Numbered from the stretch's first letter, positions 7,903-16,990 are shown. The stretch is DNA of 55,164 nucleotides from Planctomycetota bacterium (GCA_047639615.1 JBLIOL010000001.1:1-55164); one strand, 5' to 3'. Translations and numbers: made by a program. Notes: a model not told the origin generated them from the sequence alone.

Positions 7903-8130
7903 CGGGGCCCCCGCTCCTCCGCGTCAGCAGCAGAGCCAGAAACACATCCTGCCCCCCGCCTCAAAAAACAAGAAGAGCCCGCACCAAAGGCGCGACCTCT
8001 TCCGTGTAAGTGCTAGCGGGGCCCCCGCTCCTCCGCGTCAGCGGCGGAGCCAGAAATATATCCTGCCCTCAGTCGCTAAAAACAGGAAGAGGTCGCGCCA
8101 AAGGCGCGACCTCTTCCGTGTAAGTGGTAG
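7903..8130. repeat. Tandem direct repeat, 2 x 114 bp, covering the 3' flank (terminator) and the last ~11 nt of tRNA-fMet
   Basis: Copy A 7903..8016 and copy B 8017..8130 align without gaps, with 14 mismatches by hand count. The A/B junction carries TGCTAGCGGGG versus the true tRNA 3' end TGGTAGCGGGG. Confidence 0.85.
8075..8117 (-). terminator. Rho-independent terminator of tRNA-fMet
   Basis: On the minus strand, GGAAGAGGTCGCGCC-TTT-GGCGCGACCTCTTCC (15-bp perfect stem) followed by CTGTTTTTAGCG. A degenerate copy lies in repeat copy A (about 7965..8005). Confidence 0.8.
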
Positions 8131-8201
8131 CGGGGGCAGGATTCGAACCTGCGACCTCCGGGTTATGAGCCCGACGAGCTGCCAGACTGCTCCACCCCGC
8201 G
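8125..8201 (-). tRNA. Initiator tRNA-Met (anticodon CAU), CCA encoded
   Basis: 77-nt cloverleaf CGCGGGG-TG-GAGC-AGTCTGGCA-GCTC-G-TCGGG-CTCATAA-CCCGG-AGGTC-GCAGG-TTCGAAT-CCTGC-CCCCGCT-ACCA. C1:U72 mismatch and three consecutive G:C pairs closing the anticodon stem are initiator hallmarks. Close to E. coli tRNA-fMet. Confidence 0.93.
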
Positions 8202-8275
8202 AACCATTTGCGTCGGCAGCGAGCAGTTTGCTGTCGACGGGGGGGAGTATGCCACCGGATCTGCCGTTGGCAAGC

Positions 8276-11119
8276 TTAGCCGCCGACTTTTTCCGGGTCC
8301 TTTGAATTCGTGGGCGCTGATTCCCGATCAGGCTCCACTTCCACCGGCGTCTTGGGGCGCTGAGCCCGGCGCAAACGGGCTGCTTGAGCCTCCTGAGCCA
8401 GCAATAGAGCACCCGGAGCATCCCCGAGCAGGTCCCCCCACAGACTGCCCTCGCCGGGCGCCGGCAGCTCCCCCGCCGCGAGCTGGGCCTCGGTCGGCAG
8501 CCCCTCGAAAGCCTTGACGACCTCCTCGAGCGCAGCCCAGCGGCCCTGGTTGGTGGCGGCTTGCGCGGACTTGGACCAGGCCAAGAGATGTTCGCTGCGC
8601 GCGGCTTGGGGCAGGTTGCGCCAAGCGCTGTGATGGAGGAGCCGACGCCAGAGCAAAGGCTGCTGCACGTGCTGCGCCAGCCGCTCCAAGTCCGTGACGT
8701 CCAACAACTGATCCGCGGCCCGATGTAAGTCCTCGTCCTCCACACTCATCAAGGCGCGCGCAAGCACGCGCGCATCGCGATCCAGTAGCTTGCCCGGTTC
8801 ACCCGCCAAGGGCGCGCCCGCGGCGAGCCGCTGCAGGAAGCGCAAGCGTTCGCGATGCACGAGCACCTTCAAACGCGCGGTCGTACCCTCGCCTGGCAAG
8901 GCGCGCGCGAAGGCCGCCAAGATAACTCCGCGCTGCTGCTCCGCACCCTCGCGCGCCACGCGCAGTCGCGCCTCCAAGAGCGACCACTCGGCGCTCTCCG
9001 TCTCGCTGGTGAGGGCCGGCAAATGACGCTCGAGCAGCGCTGCCGCCAACCAACCCGCTGTCTCTCCAAACGCCAAACGCGACTGCCCGCGCAACAGCTC
9101 CGCGCTCCAGCGCAGGACCTGACGGTGATCTTCTAAATCAAAGCCCGCCACCTGCGCCTGCTCAAGACCGGCGACGATGTGCAGGGCCGAATCCAAACGC
9201 ATGGCCAAAGCCGCGGGTGCTTCCGTCGCGCCCTCAGCTAGGGGCCCAGGCAAGACCGCCATCCAGCGAGCCGCGCGCATGCGCTGCTTGCCATCGGATC
9301 CGGAGAGCGTCAGTACAAGCTCGCCCAGGGCCACCGAGCGCTCGCGCTCCGCCCGGCGCAGGTCCCCCACCCCAGCGCGCTGCAAGAATTGATCGAGCGC
9401 GTCCGCGCCCGGCTGCCCGCGCAGCTGCCGCTCCACCAATTGGATCATGGCGGTCTGCAGATCGACCAAGGTCTCACCTACGGCCGCAGTCAGCAGCGCT
9501 TCCACCAACTGCGCGTTGCCGGTGCTGCGCTGGGAGCGCGCCTCCACCAGCAAGGGATCGGTGCCGAGGAAGCGCACCGAGCGTCGGCGCAACTCCGCAT
9601 CCCCCGCCACCAAGTCCGTACCTAGGCAAGCGAGCAAGCGCCCACGCGACTCCGCGCCAACGGACTCACCCGGCGCCAGCAGCGCCTTCTCCGTGAGCGA
9701 GTACACCGCCACGCGCAGGGCACTCGGCAAGGCACCCGCCTCCAGCAGGTCCAAGCACGTAGCAAGCTCCGCCGGCCCAGGACTGAGCCGGCCCAAGGCC
9801 GCCACAACCGCAAAGCGCACCGCGTCCGACTCCTCGCCCTCGCCCAAGAGGTCGCGCACCAAGGACGCACTGCCCTGCAGGAAGTCCTCCTCCCCACGCG
9901 CACCCGCGCGCTCGGCCAAGCGACTCCAAACATTCTGGGCCAGAATCAGATCATCCCCGTCCACCGGCGCGCCGCGACTGAGCAACTTGACTAGCACCTT
10001 CGACGCGAGCTGCACATCATCCACCAGCACCTCACTAGGAGCACCCTGCGCCGCCTGCGCCGCCGGCAAGCGCTCCAAGGCAGCGATCAACACCGGCGCC
10101 AAGTAAGGCGTGGCGTCTGCGAGTCGTTTGTGCAAAGCCAGTCGCAAGGACGCGCTGATAGGCGCCTCGGGACCGGCCGCCTGGGCCAGTTCAATCAGCG
10201 CCGAGAGCACCGCGTGCAAGGCCTTGGCCTCCGGCTCCACAGCGACGCGATCCAGCAAACTCGCCGCGACCTCATCGCGACCTTGTTCCTGTGCACCGAT
10301 GGCGCGCAGCAAGCGCTGGGCTGCCAGAATTCGAAGCTCCGGATCCGGCCCATCGAAGAGCTCCTGAGCCACCTTCGGATCCATCTCGAGCAAGCGCAAG
10401 CGCAGCTCGCGGGCGGTGTCGCTGGCTTGCACGAAGGCGGCGCGTACGGCCAAGGCCTCCGGCCCCATTTCCGTGGGCAGCGGCCCGGCGCTCTCGCCGT
10501 CAAGGACCCAGCGACCGAGGAAGGTCCGCAAGGACGCCCGCGCGCTGAGCTCCACCAAGCCTAGTGGACTGTGTTCGAGGAAAGGCAGCAGGCTCGGCGC
10601 CAAGTGCACCAGATCCAGCTCAGCCGCCACCACCATGGAGGCCGCGCGCAAATCCTGACTGGTATCCGGGCGCAGCTCGGGACCGGTGCCTAGCTCCAGG
10701 TGCCACTCCAAACGCCGCAGCCAGGGCTGCTCCTGTTCGCTGCCCAGGGCCATGTCCGACCGCAGCGCCTGCAGGGCAGCAGCCCGCGTCGCCTCGCGCT
10801 GCTGCTGGCGCGCGCCCGTAAGCCCCGGCGGCAGGGGCCGCCCCGCCTGCAGAATCAAGGCGTCCCGCCCAAGCACAGGATGCGCCATCAGTAGCACCCC
10901 AGCGGCCTCGGCCAGCTCTTCAGCAGTCAGAGCCTCCAAGGTACGCAGCACCGGACGCAGGCGCCTTCCAGCAGCCGCCTCGGCCTGGGTCTCCGGAAAG
11001 AGCGAGTCCGAATAGGAGCCGCCCGCTCCAAAGTGGGCCTCCACCAGCCCAGACATCGACAACGCAGCCAATACGAGGCACAGGACGAGACGCGCACCCT
11101 CTCCCAAGAGGGGTTGCAT
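8276..11119 (-). CDS. Large secreted/membrane-anchored alpha-helical (HEAT/ARM-like) repeat protein, function unknown
   Basis: Long uninterrupted ORF. The ATG at 11119 gives MQPLLGEGARLVLCLVLAALSMSGLVEA, which is signal-like. Ala/Leu/Arg/Glu-rich helical repeats throughout. Confidence 0.7.
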   Translation of the reverse strand: MQPLLGEGARLVLCLVLAALSMSGLVEAHFGAGGSYSDSLFPETQAEAAAGRRLRPVLRTLEALTAEELAEAAGVLLMAHPVLGRDALILQAGRPLPPGLTGARQQQREATRAAALQALRSDMALGSEQEQPWLRRLEWHLELGTGPELRPDTSQDLRAASMVVAAELDLVHLAPSLLPFLEHSPLGLVELSARASLRTFLGRWVLDGESAGPLPTEMGPEALAVRAAFVQASDTARELRLRLLEMDPKVAQELFDGPDPELRILAAQRLLRAIGAQEQGRDEVAASLLDRVAVEPEAKALHAVLSALIELAQAAGPEAPISASLRLALHKRLADATPYLAPVLIAALERLPAAQAAQGAPSEVLVDDVQLASKVLVKLLSRGAPVDGDDLILAQNVWSRLAERAGARGEEDFLQGSASLVRDLLGEGEESDAVRFAVVAALGRLSPGPAELATCLDLLEAGALPSALRVAVYSLTEKALLAPGESVGAESRGRLLACLGTDLVAGDAELRRRSVRFLGTDPLLVEARSQRSTGNAQLVEALLTAAVGETLVDLQTAMIQLVERQLRGQPGADALDQFLQRAGVGDLRRAERERSVALGELVLTLSGSDGKQRMRAARWMAVLPGPLAEGATEAPAALAMRLDSALHIVAGLEQAQVAGFDLEDHRQVLRWSAELLRGQSRLAFGETAGWLAAALLERHLPALTSETESAEWSLLEARLRVAREGAEQQRGVILAAFARALPGEGTTARLKVLVHRERLRFLQRLAAGAPLAGEPGKLLDRDARVLARALMSVEDEDLHRAADQLLDVTDLERLAQHVQQPLLWRRLLHHSAWRNLPQAARSEHLLAWSKSAQAATNQGRWAALEEVVKAFEGLPTEAQLAAGELPAPGEGSLWGDLLGDAPGALLLAQEAQAARLRRAQRPKTPVEVEPDRESAPTNSKDPEKVGG

Positions 11120-11246
11120 TCGCGGCCACTCGGGCCTTCTCGTCGGCGTTCTCACTACACTTCCTATCGTACCGAGGCGCCCGCCGATCACGTGTCCGAG
11201 TGCGCTTTCTGTCCGCTCCGAGACGCATGACGCCCCATCCGCGAGA

Positions 11247-11804
11247 TCACTCCGCCAGCAAGGCCTGCAGCTCGAGCAGCACTTGGTCCGGATCTAGGTC
11301 ATCCACATCGAGCACGTGCTGAGCCACTTCCGCATACAGGGCCCTACGCTGATCGGCCACCGCCGCCATCTCCTCCGCCGGCGGCGCACCGGTCAGACTG
11401 GGCCGCAGAGTGCCGTCCGCTATCAAGCGTTCAGCCAGGCGATCCGGCTCGGCCCGCAGCCAGACACAAATCGAACGCTGGCGCAGGAGCTCACGCGAGC
11501 CCGCGTCCAACACCGCCCCACCGCCCGTGGCCAGCACCCCGAAGCTAGGCGTCTCCTGGCCCAACAGCTGCGCCAAAGCGCGCGCCTCCAAACCCCGAAA
11601 GGCCGGCTCCCCCAGCTCCTCGAAGAGCTCCCCCGCCGTGCGCCCGAAACCTGCCTGCGCAAGCTCAACCAACGCATCATCCAAGTCCACGAACCCCACA
11701 CCCAGGGCCTTAGCCAAAGCTCGTCCACTGGTGCTCTTGCCCGAGCAGCGCTGCCCCACAAGCGTCACCGGCAGGCTCACGGGTAAGCCAGACCCGCCGC
11801 TCAT
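11247..11804 (-). CDS. aroK: Shikimate kinase
   Basis: P-loop GQRCSGKSTSGRALA, then DLDD and ATGGGAV motifs. ATGA start/stop overlap with the upstream gene. Confidence 0.85.
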   Translation of the reverse strand: MSGGSGLPVSLPVTLVGQRCSGKSTSGRALAKALGVGFVDLDDALVELAQAGFGRTAGELFEELGEPAFRGLEARALAQLLGQETPSFGVLATGGGAVLDAGSRELLRQRSICVWLRAEPDRLAERLIADGTLRPSLTGAPPAEEMAAVADQRRALYAEVAQHVLDVDDLDPDQVLLELQALLAE

Positions 11805-13345
11805 TCGCCGCCCCCCGGCCGCGCCCTGCGCGCCAGCACGCCTTCCAAAGCCGCGCGCATCAGAGGCTCATCCGGCGCCTGGTGCGTGAACAGTTCAAAC
11901 TGCTCCTTGGCCTGGCGCACGAACCACTCCGCACCGGGCACCGCCGTACAACCCCTTGCCGCCGCGGCCGCCAAGAGCGGCGTGCGAATCGGGCTGTACA
12001 CCGCGTCGAGTACCAGGCTCCCCGCATGGATCCACTCCTCCGGAATCGGCAGCTCGCCATCCGTCGGGCTGCCCGCCGTACCCACCGGCGTGCAATGCAC
12101 CAGCACATCCCAAGCGTGCTCCGGAATGCTCTCCCAGGGAATCATCTCGAGACTGAGCTCATCGGCCAAAGCACGCGCCCTCTCTGGATCACGTGCCGCG
12201 ATCACCGGCCGCGTATCACACTCGATCAAGGCGCCCAGAGCCGCCCGCGCCGCACCGCCCGCACCGAGCACCAGCGGCTTCGAAGCAGCGACCGCCACCG
12301 GTCGACCAGGCTCCGAACTGTGCACATGGAAAGCGCGCTCCAGCGTCTCGCGCACCGCGCCCACGTCCGTGTTGAACCCGCGCCAACCCTTGCGGTCGCG
12401 CACGAGCGTGTTGCAAGCGCCGTTGCGCTGGCTGCGATCATCGACCTCGTAGGCCGCCGCGAAGGCCGCCTCCTTAAAGGGCGCAGTGACCGAGAAGCCG
12501 CGGAAGTTCTCGTCATCCGCAAGCTCCAAGAAACGTTCAAGATTCGCCGGCTCAAGCGCCACATACACCGCGTCCAAATGCGCGTGCTTGAGCGCCATGC
12601 CCTGCACAAAGGGCGAGACCGAGTGCCCGATGGGATTACCCACCACACCTAGCACCGCAGTCTCGGGCGAGAAGCCACCCGGAGGCGCCAAGCCCACCAA
12701 TTCATCGATACGCAGCTGCCCCGGCGCGGTCGGCTCCATAGCTCCTACACCGGGCAACTCCGCCGCTGCCGCGTAGGTGAAAGGTGATCCAAAAATCGGC
12801 GCCAACACGCGCGTGAATGCACCCGCCGGCCCCGAGCAGAACGCGATCAAGCCCCCACGCGCCTGGCGCAGGTGCTGCATCATGCGCAGGCCATCTTCCG
12901 TGCAACGCGCATGGGTCACGAGCTTGACCGCATCGCCTTCATACAGCACCGCTCGAATCTCTTCGTCCAGCGCCGCGATGTCCATGGGCGTGCACTCGAG
13001 CTCATGCCGCGACACGATGCGATGGCACGGCGCTTCCACCTCGCCCAGCTCCAAGGACAAGGTCCAGTCGATGTCCACAAAGCGCGCACCCGCCCGCGCC
13101 GCCGACTGCAACAAATCGCAGCGCTCATCCAAGCTGCCGCGGAAGGTCCCAAAGGCCTCGGCCCCGTGCACGGTCACAATCACCGGCACCGGACACTCTT
13201 TCATGAACGCTCGCAAGCGCTCCTCCCCCGGATGCGGAATGCGATCCAGCCGCAACTCCACCAAGTCAGCCAAGGGCGCCTGCTGCAAAGCGCGCCGCGC
13301 CAACAAATCGAAATCACCAGCGAGTAAGGAAACGACGGTAGCCAT
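11801..13345 (-). CDS. aroDE: Bifunctional type I 3-dehydroquinate dehydratase / shikimate 5-dehydrogenase
   Basis: N-terminal half: VELRLD, SRHE (His), VKLV (Lys), APGQL, which are type I DHQase features. C-terminal half: GVVGNPIGHSVSPFVQ, FRGFSVTAPFKE, NTDVGA, LGAGGAARA, which are shikimate dehydrogenase features. Confidence 0.85.
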   Translation of the reverse strand: MATVVSLLAGDFDLLARRALQQAPLADLVELRLDRIPHPGEERLRAFMKECPVPVIVTVHGAEAFGTFRGSLDERCDLLQSAARAGARFVDIDWTLSLELGEVEAPCHRIVSRHELECTPMDIAALDEEIRAVLYEGDAVKLVTHARCTEDGLRMMQHLRQARGGLIAFCSGPAGAFTRVLAPIFGSPFTYAAAAELPGVGAMEPTAPGQLRIDELVGLAPPGGFSPETAVLGVVGNPIGHSVSPFVQGMALKHAHLDAVYVALEPANLERFLELADDENFRGFSVTAPFKEAAFAAAYEVDDRSQRNGACNTLVRDRKGWRGFNTDVGAVRETLERAFHVHSSEPGRPVAVAASKPLVLGAGGAARAALGALIECDTRPVIAARDPERARALADELSLEMIPWESIPEHAWDVLVHCTPVGTAGSPTDGELPIPEEWIHAGSLVLDAVYSPIRTPLLAAAAARGCTAVPGAEWFVRQAKEQFELFTHQAPDEPLMRAALEGVLARRARPGGGE

Positions 13346-13401
13346 GGCTGAAGACTGTACGCATGCCAGGCCCGATTGGAACCTCCGCTACGCCGGACTC
13401 C

Positions 13402-14214
13402 TCACTCTTCGGCCAGGAGACCCTCTAGGGTCTTACGCACTAGGTCCTGCAGTTCGCGCGCCTCGGGACCAGCAACTTCACGGTGGGCTTCCACCGTGTC
13501 CCAATCGCCGCGGGCGATCGGGCCGGAGAGTGCCTCGCGGGGCTCCTTGGAATGCAGGTTGACCGCCACGCTAGTGAGCAAGCTGGAAAGGCCACGGCGT
13601 GCCACGTCTGCCTCCAAGCCAAGCTTCAGCAGCTCGGCGCGCGAGCGATGCAGGAGCGCGACGGCTCCCTGGGCCAAGAGTGCCGCAGCTGCGTGATAGC
13701 GCAGGCGTTGGTCCTGGGCCAACTCGATCGCCTGGGCGCCGATGCTGTGCACTAGGGACTGCGCCCTCTCGCGCGCAAGCGCGCTGCCGGAGATGCTGCA
13801 CAGGGCGCCTTGCCAGAGGGGCACGGGCGTGTCCGGATGCATGGCGAGCAAGGGGTGCAAGACCCCGGTCTCCCAGCCTGCGTCCGCTAAGGGTTGCAAG
13901 GGTTCGACTCCCAGGGCGCCGGCCAAGTGCAGGGCAACGGGCGCTTGCTCTCCGGAACCATGAGCGTACTCAGCAAGCTGTGCTGCCACTTTGCCGACGG
14001 CCGGATCGGGCACGGCCAAGAGCACCGTCTGCGCTTGGGCCAGCTGCTCGAGGGTGCGCGTGGAGGCACGCGGACCAAGTAAGTCCACACAGGCTTCGGC
14101 ACGTTCAGGCTGGCGCGCCCAGACCCAGACCTCGCAGTCCTCATTACTAGCGATCAGGGCGCGGGCGATGGCATGGCTCGCACCTCCCGTTCCCGTGATT
14201 CCAATGCTCGTCAC
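13402..14214 (-). CDS. Rossmann-fold oxidoreductase with DUF2520-like C-terminal domain
   Basis: N-terminal IGITGTGGASHAIARAL dinucleotide-binding motif. C-terminal 'LSGPIARGDWDTVEAH', typical of DUF2520 proteins. GTGA overlap with spoVG. Confidence 0.6.
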   Translation of the reverse strand: MTSIGITGTGGASHAIARALIASNEDCEVWVWARQPERAEACVDLLGPRASTRTLEQLAQAQTVLLAVPDPAVGKVAAQLAEYAHGSGEQAPVALHLAGALGVEPLQPLADAGWETGVLHPLLAMHPDTPVPLWQGALCSISGSALARERAQSLVHSIGAQAIELAQDQRLRYHAAAALLAQGAVALLHRSRAELLKLGLEADVARRGLSSLLTSVAVNLHSKEPREALSGPIARGDWDTVEAHREVAGPEARELQDLVRKTLEGLLAEE

Positions 14215-14657
14215 GGCCGCGGCTCCTCGCCCACACTCAGGTAGTCGTAGTCGAGATCATCGAACTCCACCGCCCGATAGCCGTCCTGCTTGGAGCGCTC
14301 GAGCTCCACGCTGTAGGCACCGAGCACCGCCCCCTGCACAAACTCGCGCGCACGTTGGTGGATCGGATGCGCGATGTCCGCGTAGAAGCGCTTGCGCCCG
14401 CTCGTCTGGCCGCGGCCATCGGCCAGGCGTGCACCGCAATCGCCGCAGTAGCGCGAACGCAGGGAATTCTTGTGCGAGCAACGCAGACAGCGGTCGCAGA
14501 GCTTGCGACTGGGCATGGCCACGAACAGGCCATTGGGTCCCTCGATGATCTTGATGTCGCGCACCACGAGCGTGTCATCGATGGTGATGCTCGCGAAGCC
14601 CAGGAGCTTGTCCATGGGACGCGGCAACAGTTTGACTCGGATCTCGGTCAGGTTCAT
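14211..14657 (-). CDS. spoVG: SpoVG-family protein with inserted CxxC...CxxC zinc ribbon
   Basis: MNLTEIRVKL...LLGFASITIDDTLVVRDIKIIEGPNGLFVAMPSRK...ADIAHPI matches the SpoVG core. About 35 aa (LCDRCLRCSHKNSLRSRYCGDCGARL...) are inserted where Bacillus SpoVG has TPDGEFR. Confidence 0.85.
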   Translation of the reverse strand: MNLTEIRVKLLPRPMDKLLGFASITIDDTLVVRDIKIIEGPNGLFVAMPSRKLCDRCLRCSHKNSLRSRYCGDCGARLADGRGQTSGRKRFYADIAHPIHQRAREFVQGAVLGAYSVELERSKQDGYRAVEFDDLDYDYLSVGEEPRP

Positions 14658-14712
14658 AGGCTGGCTAACACTGGTGTAAGCAATGCCGGGACCTGATTCC
14701 AACCCTCGCTTC

Positions 14713-15606
14713 TCAGGCGAACGGTCCGTGCCAGATCAGGCGAGCCTGCGGGAAGGCTGAGCGGGCCTTGGCGGCTAGCGGCTCAGCCTCTGCGGCATCG
14801 GCGCAGAGGGCGAAGAAGCTGCTACCGCTGCCGCTGAGGCAAAAGCGGCGTCCGTCCAGCTGCTCGAGGCCTGCGGACCAGGATTCGAGGCCCGGAATGG
14901 CCGCTAGAGCCGCTTGTTCGAGATCATTGCTCAGGGCAGCGCGGGCCGCCGCCGGCTCCAGGGCCGCAAAGTCCGCAGGATCCGACAGAGCTGCGGACCG
15001 CGGGGCCCCAAGCGCCCCAAAGACCGGCCCCGTGGCCGCCCGCAGATCAGGCGTCACCAGCACCGCGCACCAGCCCTTAGGCAAGCCAGCAAGCCGTTCC
15101 ACGCGCTCGCCGCGGCCGCGGCAACGTCCGTGCAAGCTAGGTCGAGCCGCGTCAAAGAAGACCGTGTCCGACCCCACGCTCGCGAGCCACTCCGAGCGCC
15201 AGCTGGCGCCCAAGTCGCACTCCAGGAGCTCCTCCAAGAGGTGCAAGGCCGTGGCCGCATCCGAGCTGCCGCCCCCCAGGCCGGCTTGGCTGGGCACGTG
15301 CTTGTCGAGCCGTAGCTCCAGGCCATTCGGCACGGCAATGCCCAGTTCCTCGGCGCGCGCAAGTCCTGCAAGCAAGGCCCCCACCGCAAGATTGCGCTCG
15401 TCCGTCGGCACATCCGCACTGCCCGCCGGACCGCCAACGCTGCAGCTGACTCCTGCACCAGGGGCGACACTCAGCTCCAACCGATCCGCCAGGCCGATGC
15501 CCACCATGACCGTGTCGAGCTCATGGAATCCGTCAGCGCGTTTCCCAAGCACGGCCAAGTGCAGGTTGAGTTTCGCCGGCGCGCTGCCACTTACGACTCG
15601 CTTCAC
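14713..15606 (-). CDS. ispE: 4-diphosphocytidyl-2-C-methyl-D-erythritol kinase
   Basis: APAKLNLHLAVLGKRADGFHELDTVM N-terminus and GHMP kinase motif PSQAGLGGGSSDAA. Confidence 0.88.
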   Translation of the reverse strand: MKRVVSGSAPAKLNLHLAVLGKRADGFHELDTVMVGIGLADRLELSVAPGAGVSCSVGGPAGSADVPTDERNLAVGALLAGLARAEELGIAVPNGLELRLDKHVPSQAGLGGGSSDAATALHLLEELLECDLGASWRSEWLASVGSDTVFFDAARPSLHGRCRGRGERVERLAGLPKGWCAVLVTPDLRAATGPVFGALGAPRSAALSDPADFAALEPAAARAALSNDLEQAALAAIPGLESWSAGLEQLDGRRFCLSGSGSSFFALCADAAEAEPLAAKARSAFPQARLIWHGPFA

Positions 15607-16481
15607 GACAGCTGCAGGTTGTCGATCAAGCGCACGGGCCCGTTACTGCCCTCCGCCTGGGCCGCGACCAAGGCCACCGCTTCGGTAAGGGCGCCCCCGG
15701 GTTCCTCGAGGGTCCAGTGCCCAGGATTGCGCACGGCTGCGTATTCCACATCGAGCTTGGAATCACGGAGGACCGCATGCATACAGCGCGAGAGCACTCC
15801 CGCGTGACGTTCCCCCTGCTGCCAAAGTTCCTTGGCAGCAAATAGGGCCCGCGAGATAAAAAGCCCCTGCTCATGGCCGGCCTCGCCGAGCCGCGCATTG
15901 CGCGAGGAGAGCGCAATCCCCGACTCTTCGCGCACCGTCGGCATGACGACGACCTCAGGCCCGCCGCGCCGCTCGGCCACATCGCTCACCACCAAGCACT
16001 GCTGAAAGTCCTTGGCGCCGAAGTACGCGCGCGTTGGTTCGACCACTTCAAACAAGCGCCCAACGATGGTGGCTACGCCCTCCAAGTGACCGGGCCGATA
16101 CTCGCCTTCGAGGCCCAGCGCACCCATTCCCGGATCGAGCATGGACTCAGCGACGAGGCCTCCACTCCCGTTCAATTGCCCCGGAAAGAACTCCTCAAGC
16201 GTGCCACCAAAAGCCATGGCGCAGCCGACGCCGGCGAGTTTGCTCGCGTCCCCTTCCAAGTCGCGCGGGTAACGCTCCAGGTCGGTGGGGTCATTGAACT
16301 GCAAGGGGTTCACAAAAATGCTCACGCACACCTGATCGTTGTCCTTGACCGCCTGCTCCACCAGGGCCAAGTGACCCACGTGCAAGTACCCCATGGTGGG
16401 CACGAATCCAAGGCTCTCCCCACGCGCACGCACCGCACGACACCAGGCCATGGCAGCGCTCACGTCAGGGATACTCTGCAT
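15603..16481 (-). CDS. panC: Pantoate--beta-alanine ligase
   Basis: GFVPTMGYLHVGHLALV (HxGH) and a typical PanC body. 4-nt overlap with ispE. Confidence 0.9.
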   Translation of the reverse strand: MQSIPDVSAAMAWCRAVRARGESLGFVPTMGYLHVGHLALVEQAVKDNDQVCVSIFVNPLQFNDPTDLERYPRDLEGDASKLAGVGCAMAFGGTLEEFFPGQLNGSGGLVAESMLDPGMGALGLEGEYRPGHLEGVATIVGRLFEVVEPTRAYFGAKDFQQCLVVSDVAERRGGPEVVVMPTVREESGIALSSRNARLGEAGHEQGLFISRALFAAKELWQQGERHAGVLSRCMHAVLRDSKLDVEYAAVRNPGHWTLEEPGGALTEAVALVAAQAEGSNGPVRLIDNLQLS

Positions 16482-16483
16482 AC

Positions 16484-16990
16484 CTACGCGCCGCTCTCGT
16501 TGGCGGCGCCAGCGGGCTCGAGCAGGGCGATCGCTTCGGCCGGCGTACGGCCCGAGGCGAGCACGTGTTCCGGGCGCAGCTGGTGCAGAGGCCCGAGTAC
16601 GAAAAGCCTCGATTCCATGCGCGGATGCGGCAATTGGAGCCTTTCCTCGTCGAACACGAGGTCCCCGAGAAAGAGTAGATCCAGGTCCAAGGTACGCGGT
16701 CCACAGAGCTCCTCCTGGCTGCGATCGCGGCCGAAGTGGGTCTCGATAGCATGCAGGGCATCGAGTAATTCCAAGGGCTCCAGGGCGCTCTCCACCAGGG
16801 CGACTCCGTTCAGGAATTCCGGCTGCCCCGCAGGCCCACCCTGGGGTGCGCTCGGCTCCCAGGCCGTGCGCTTGAGCACCACCACACCGGGGATTTTTTC
16901 GACTCGCGCCAGGGCGCCCTTGAGGGTCCGCGCTCGATCACCAAGATTGGCTCCGAAAGCGATCGCCCCCGTGCGACGTTGGGTGCTCAC
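16484..16990 (-). CDS. folK: 2-amino-4-hydroxy-6-hydroxymethyldihydropteridine diphosphokinase (HPPK)
   Basis: AIAFGANLGD..., RTLDLDLLF and HPRM..RLFVLGPL motifs. GTG at 16988-16990 is preceded by AAGGAGG 4 nt upstream and overlaps the pssA stop (GTGA). The longer ORF-track extension to 17278 overlaps pssA and is rejected. Confidence 0.8.
   Translation of the reverse strand: MSTQRRTGAIAFGANLGDRARTLKGALARVEKIPGVVVLKRTAWEPSAPQGGPAGQPEFLNGVALVESALEPLELLDALHAIETHFGRDRSQEELCGPRTLDLDLLFLGDLVFDEERLQLPHPRMESRLFVLGPLHQLRPEHVLASGRTPAEAIALLEPAGAANESGA

Noticed and set aside
7903-8130. Possible CRISPR array or mobile element at the tRNA
   Set aside because: There are only two directly abutting 114-bp copies with no spacers, so it is not CRISPR. 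There is no integrase, transposase or cargo between or beside the copies, so no intact integrative element can be claimed.
8038-8745. 235-aa minus-strand ORF running through the tRNA-fMet and its terminator
   Set aside because: It translates a tRNA and repeat DNA and overlaps the 3' end of the large helical-repeat gene in another frame. It is not coding.
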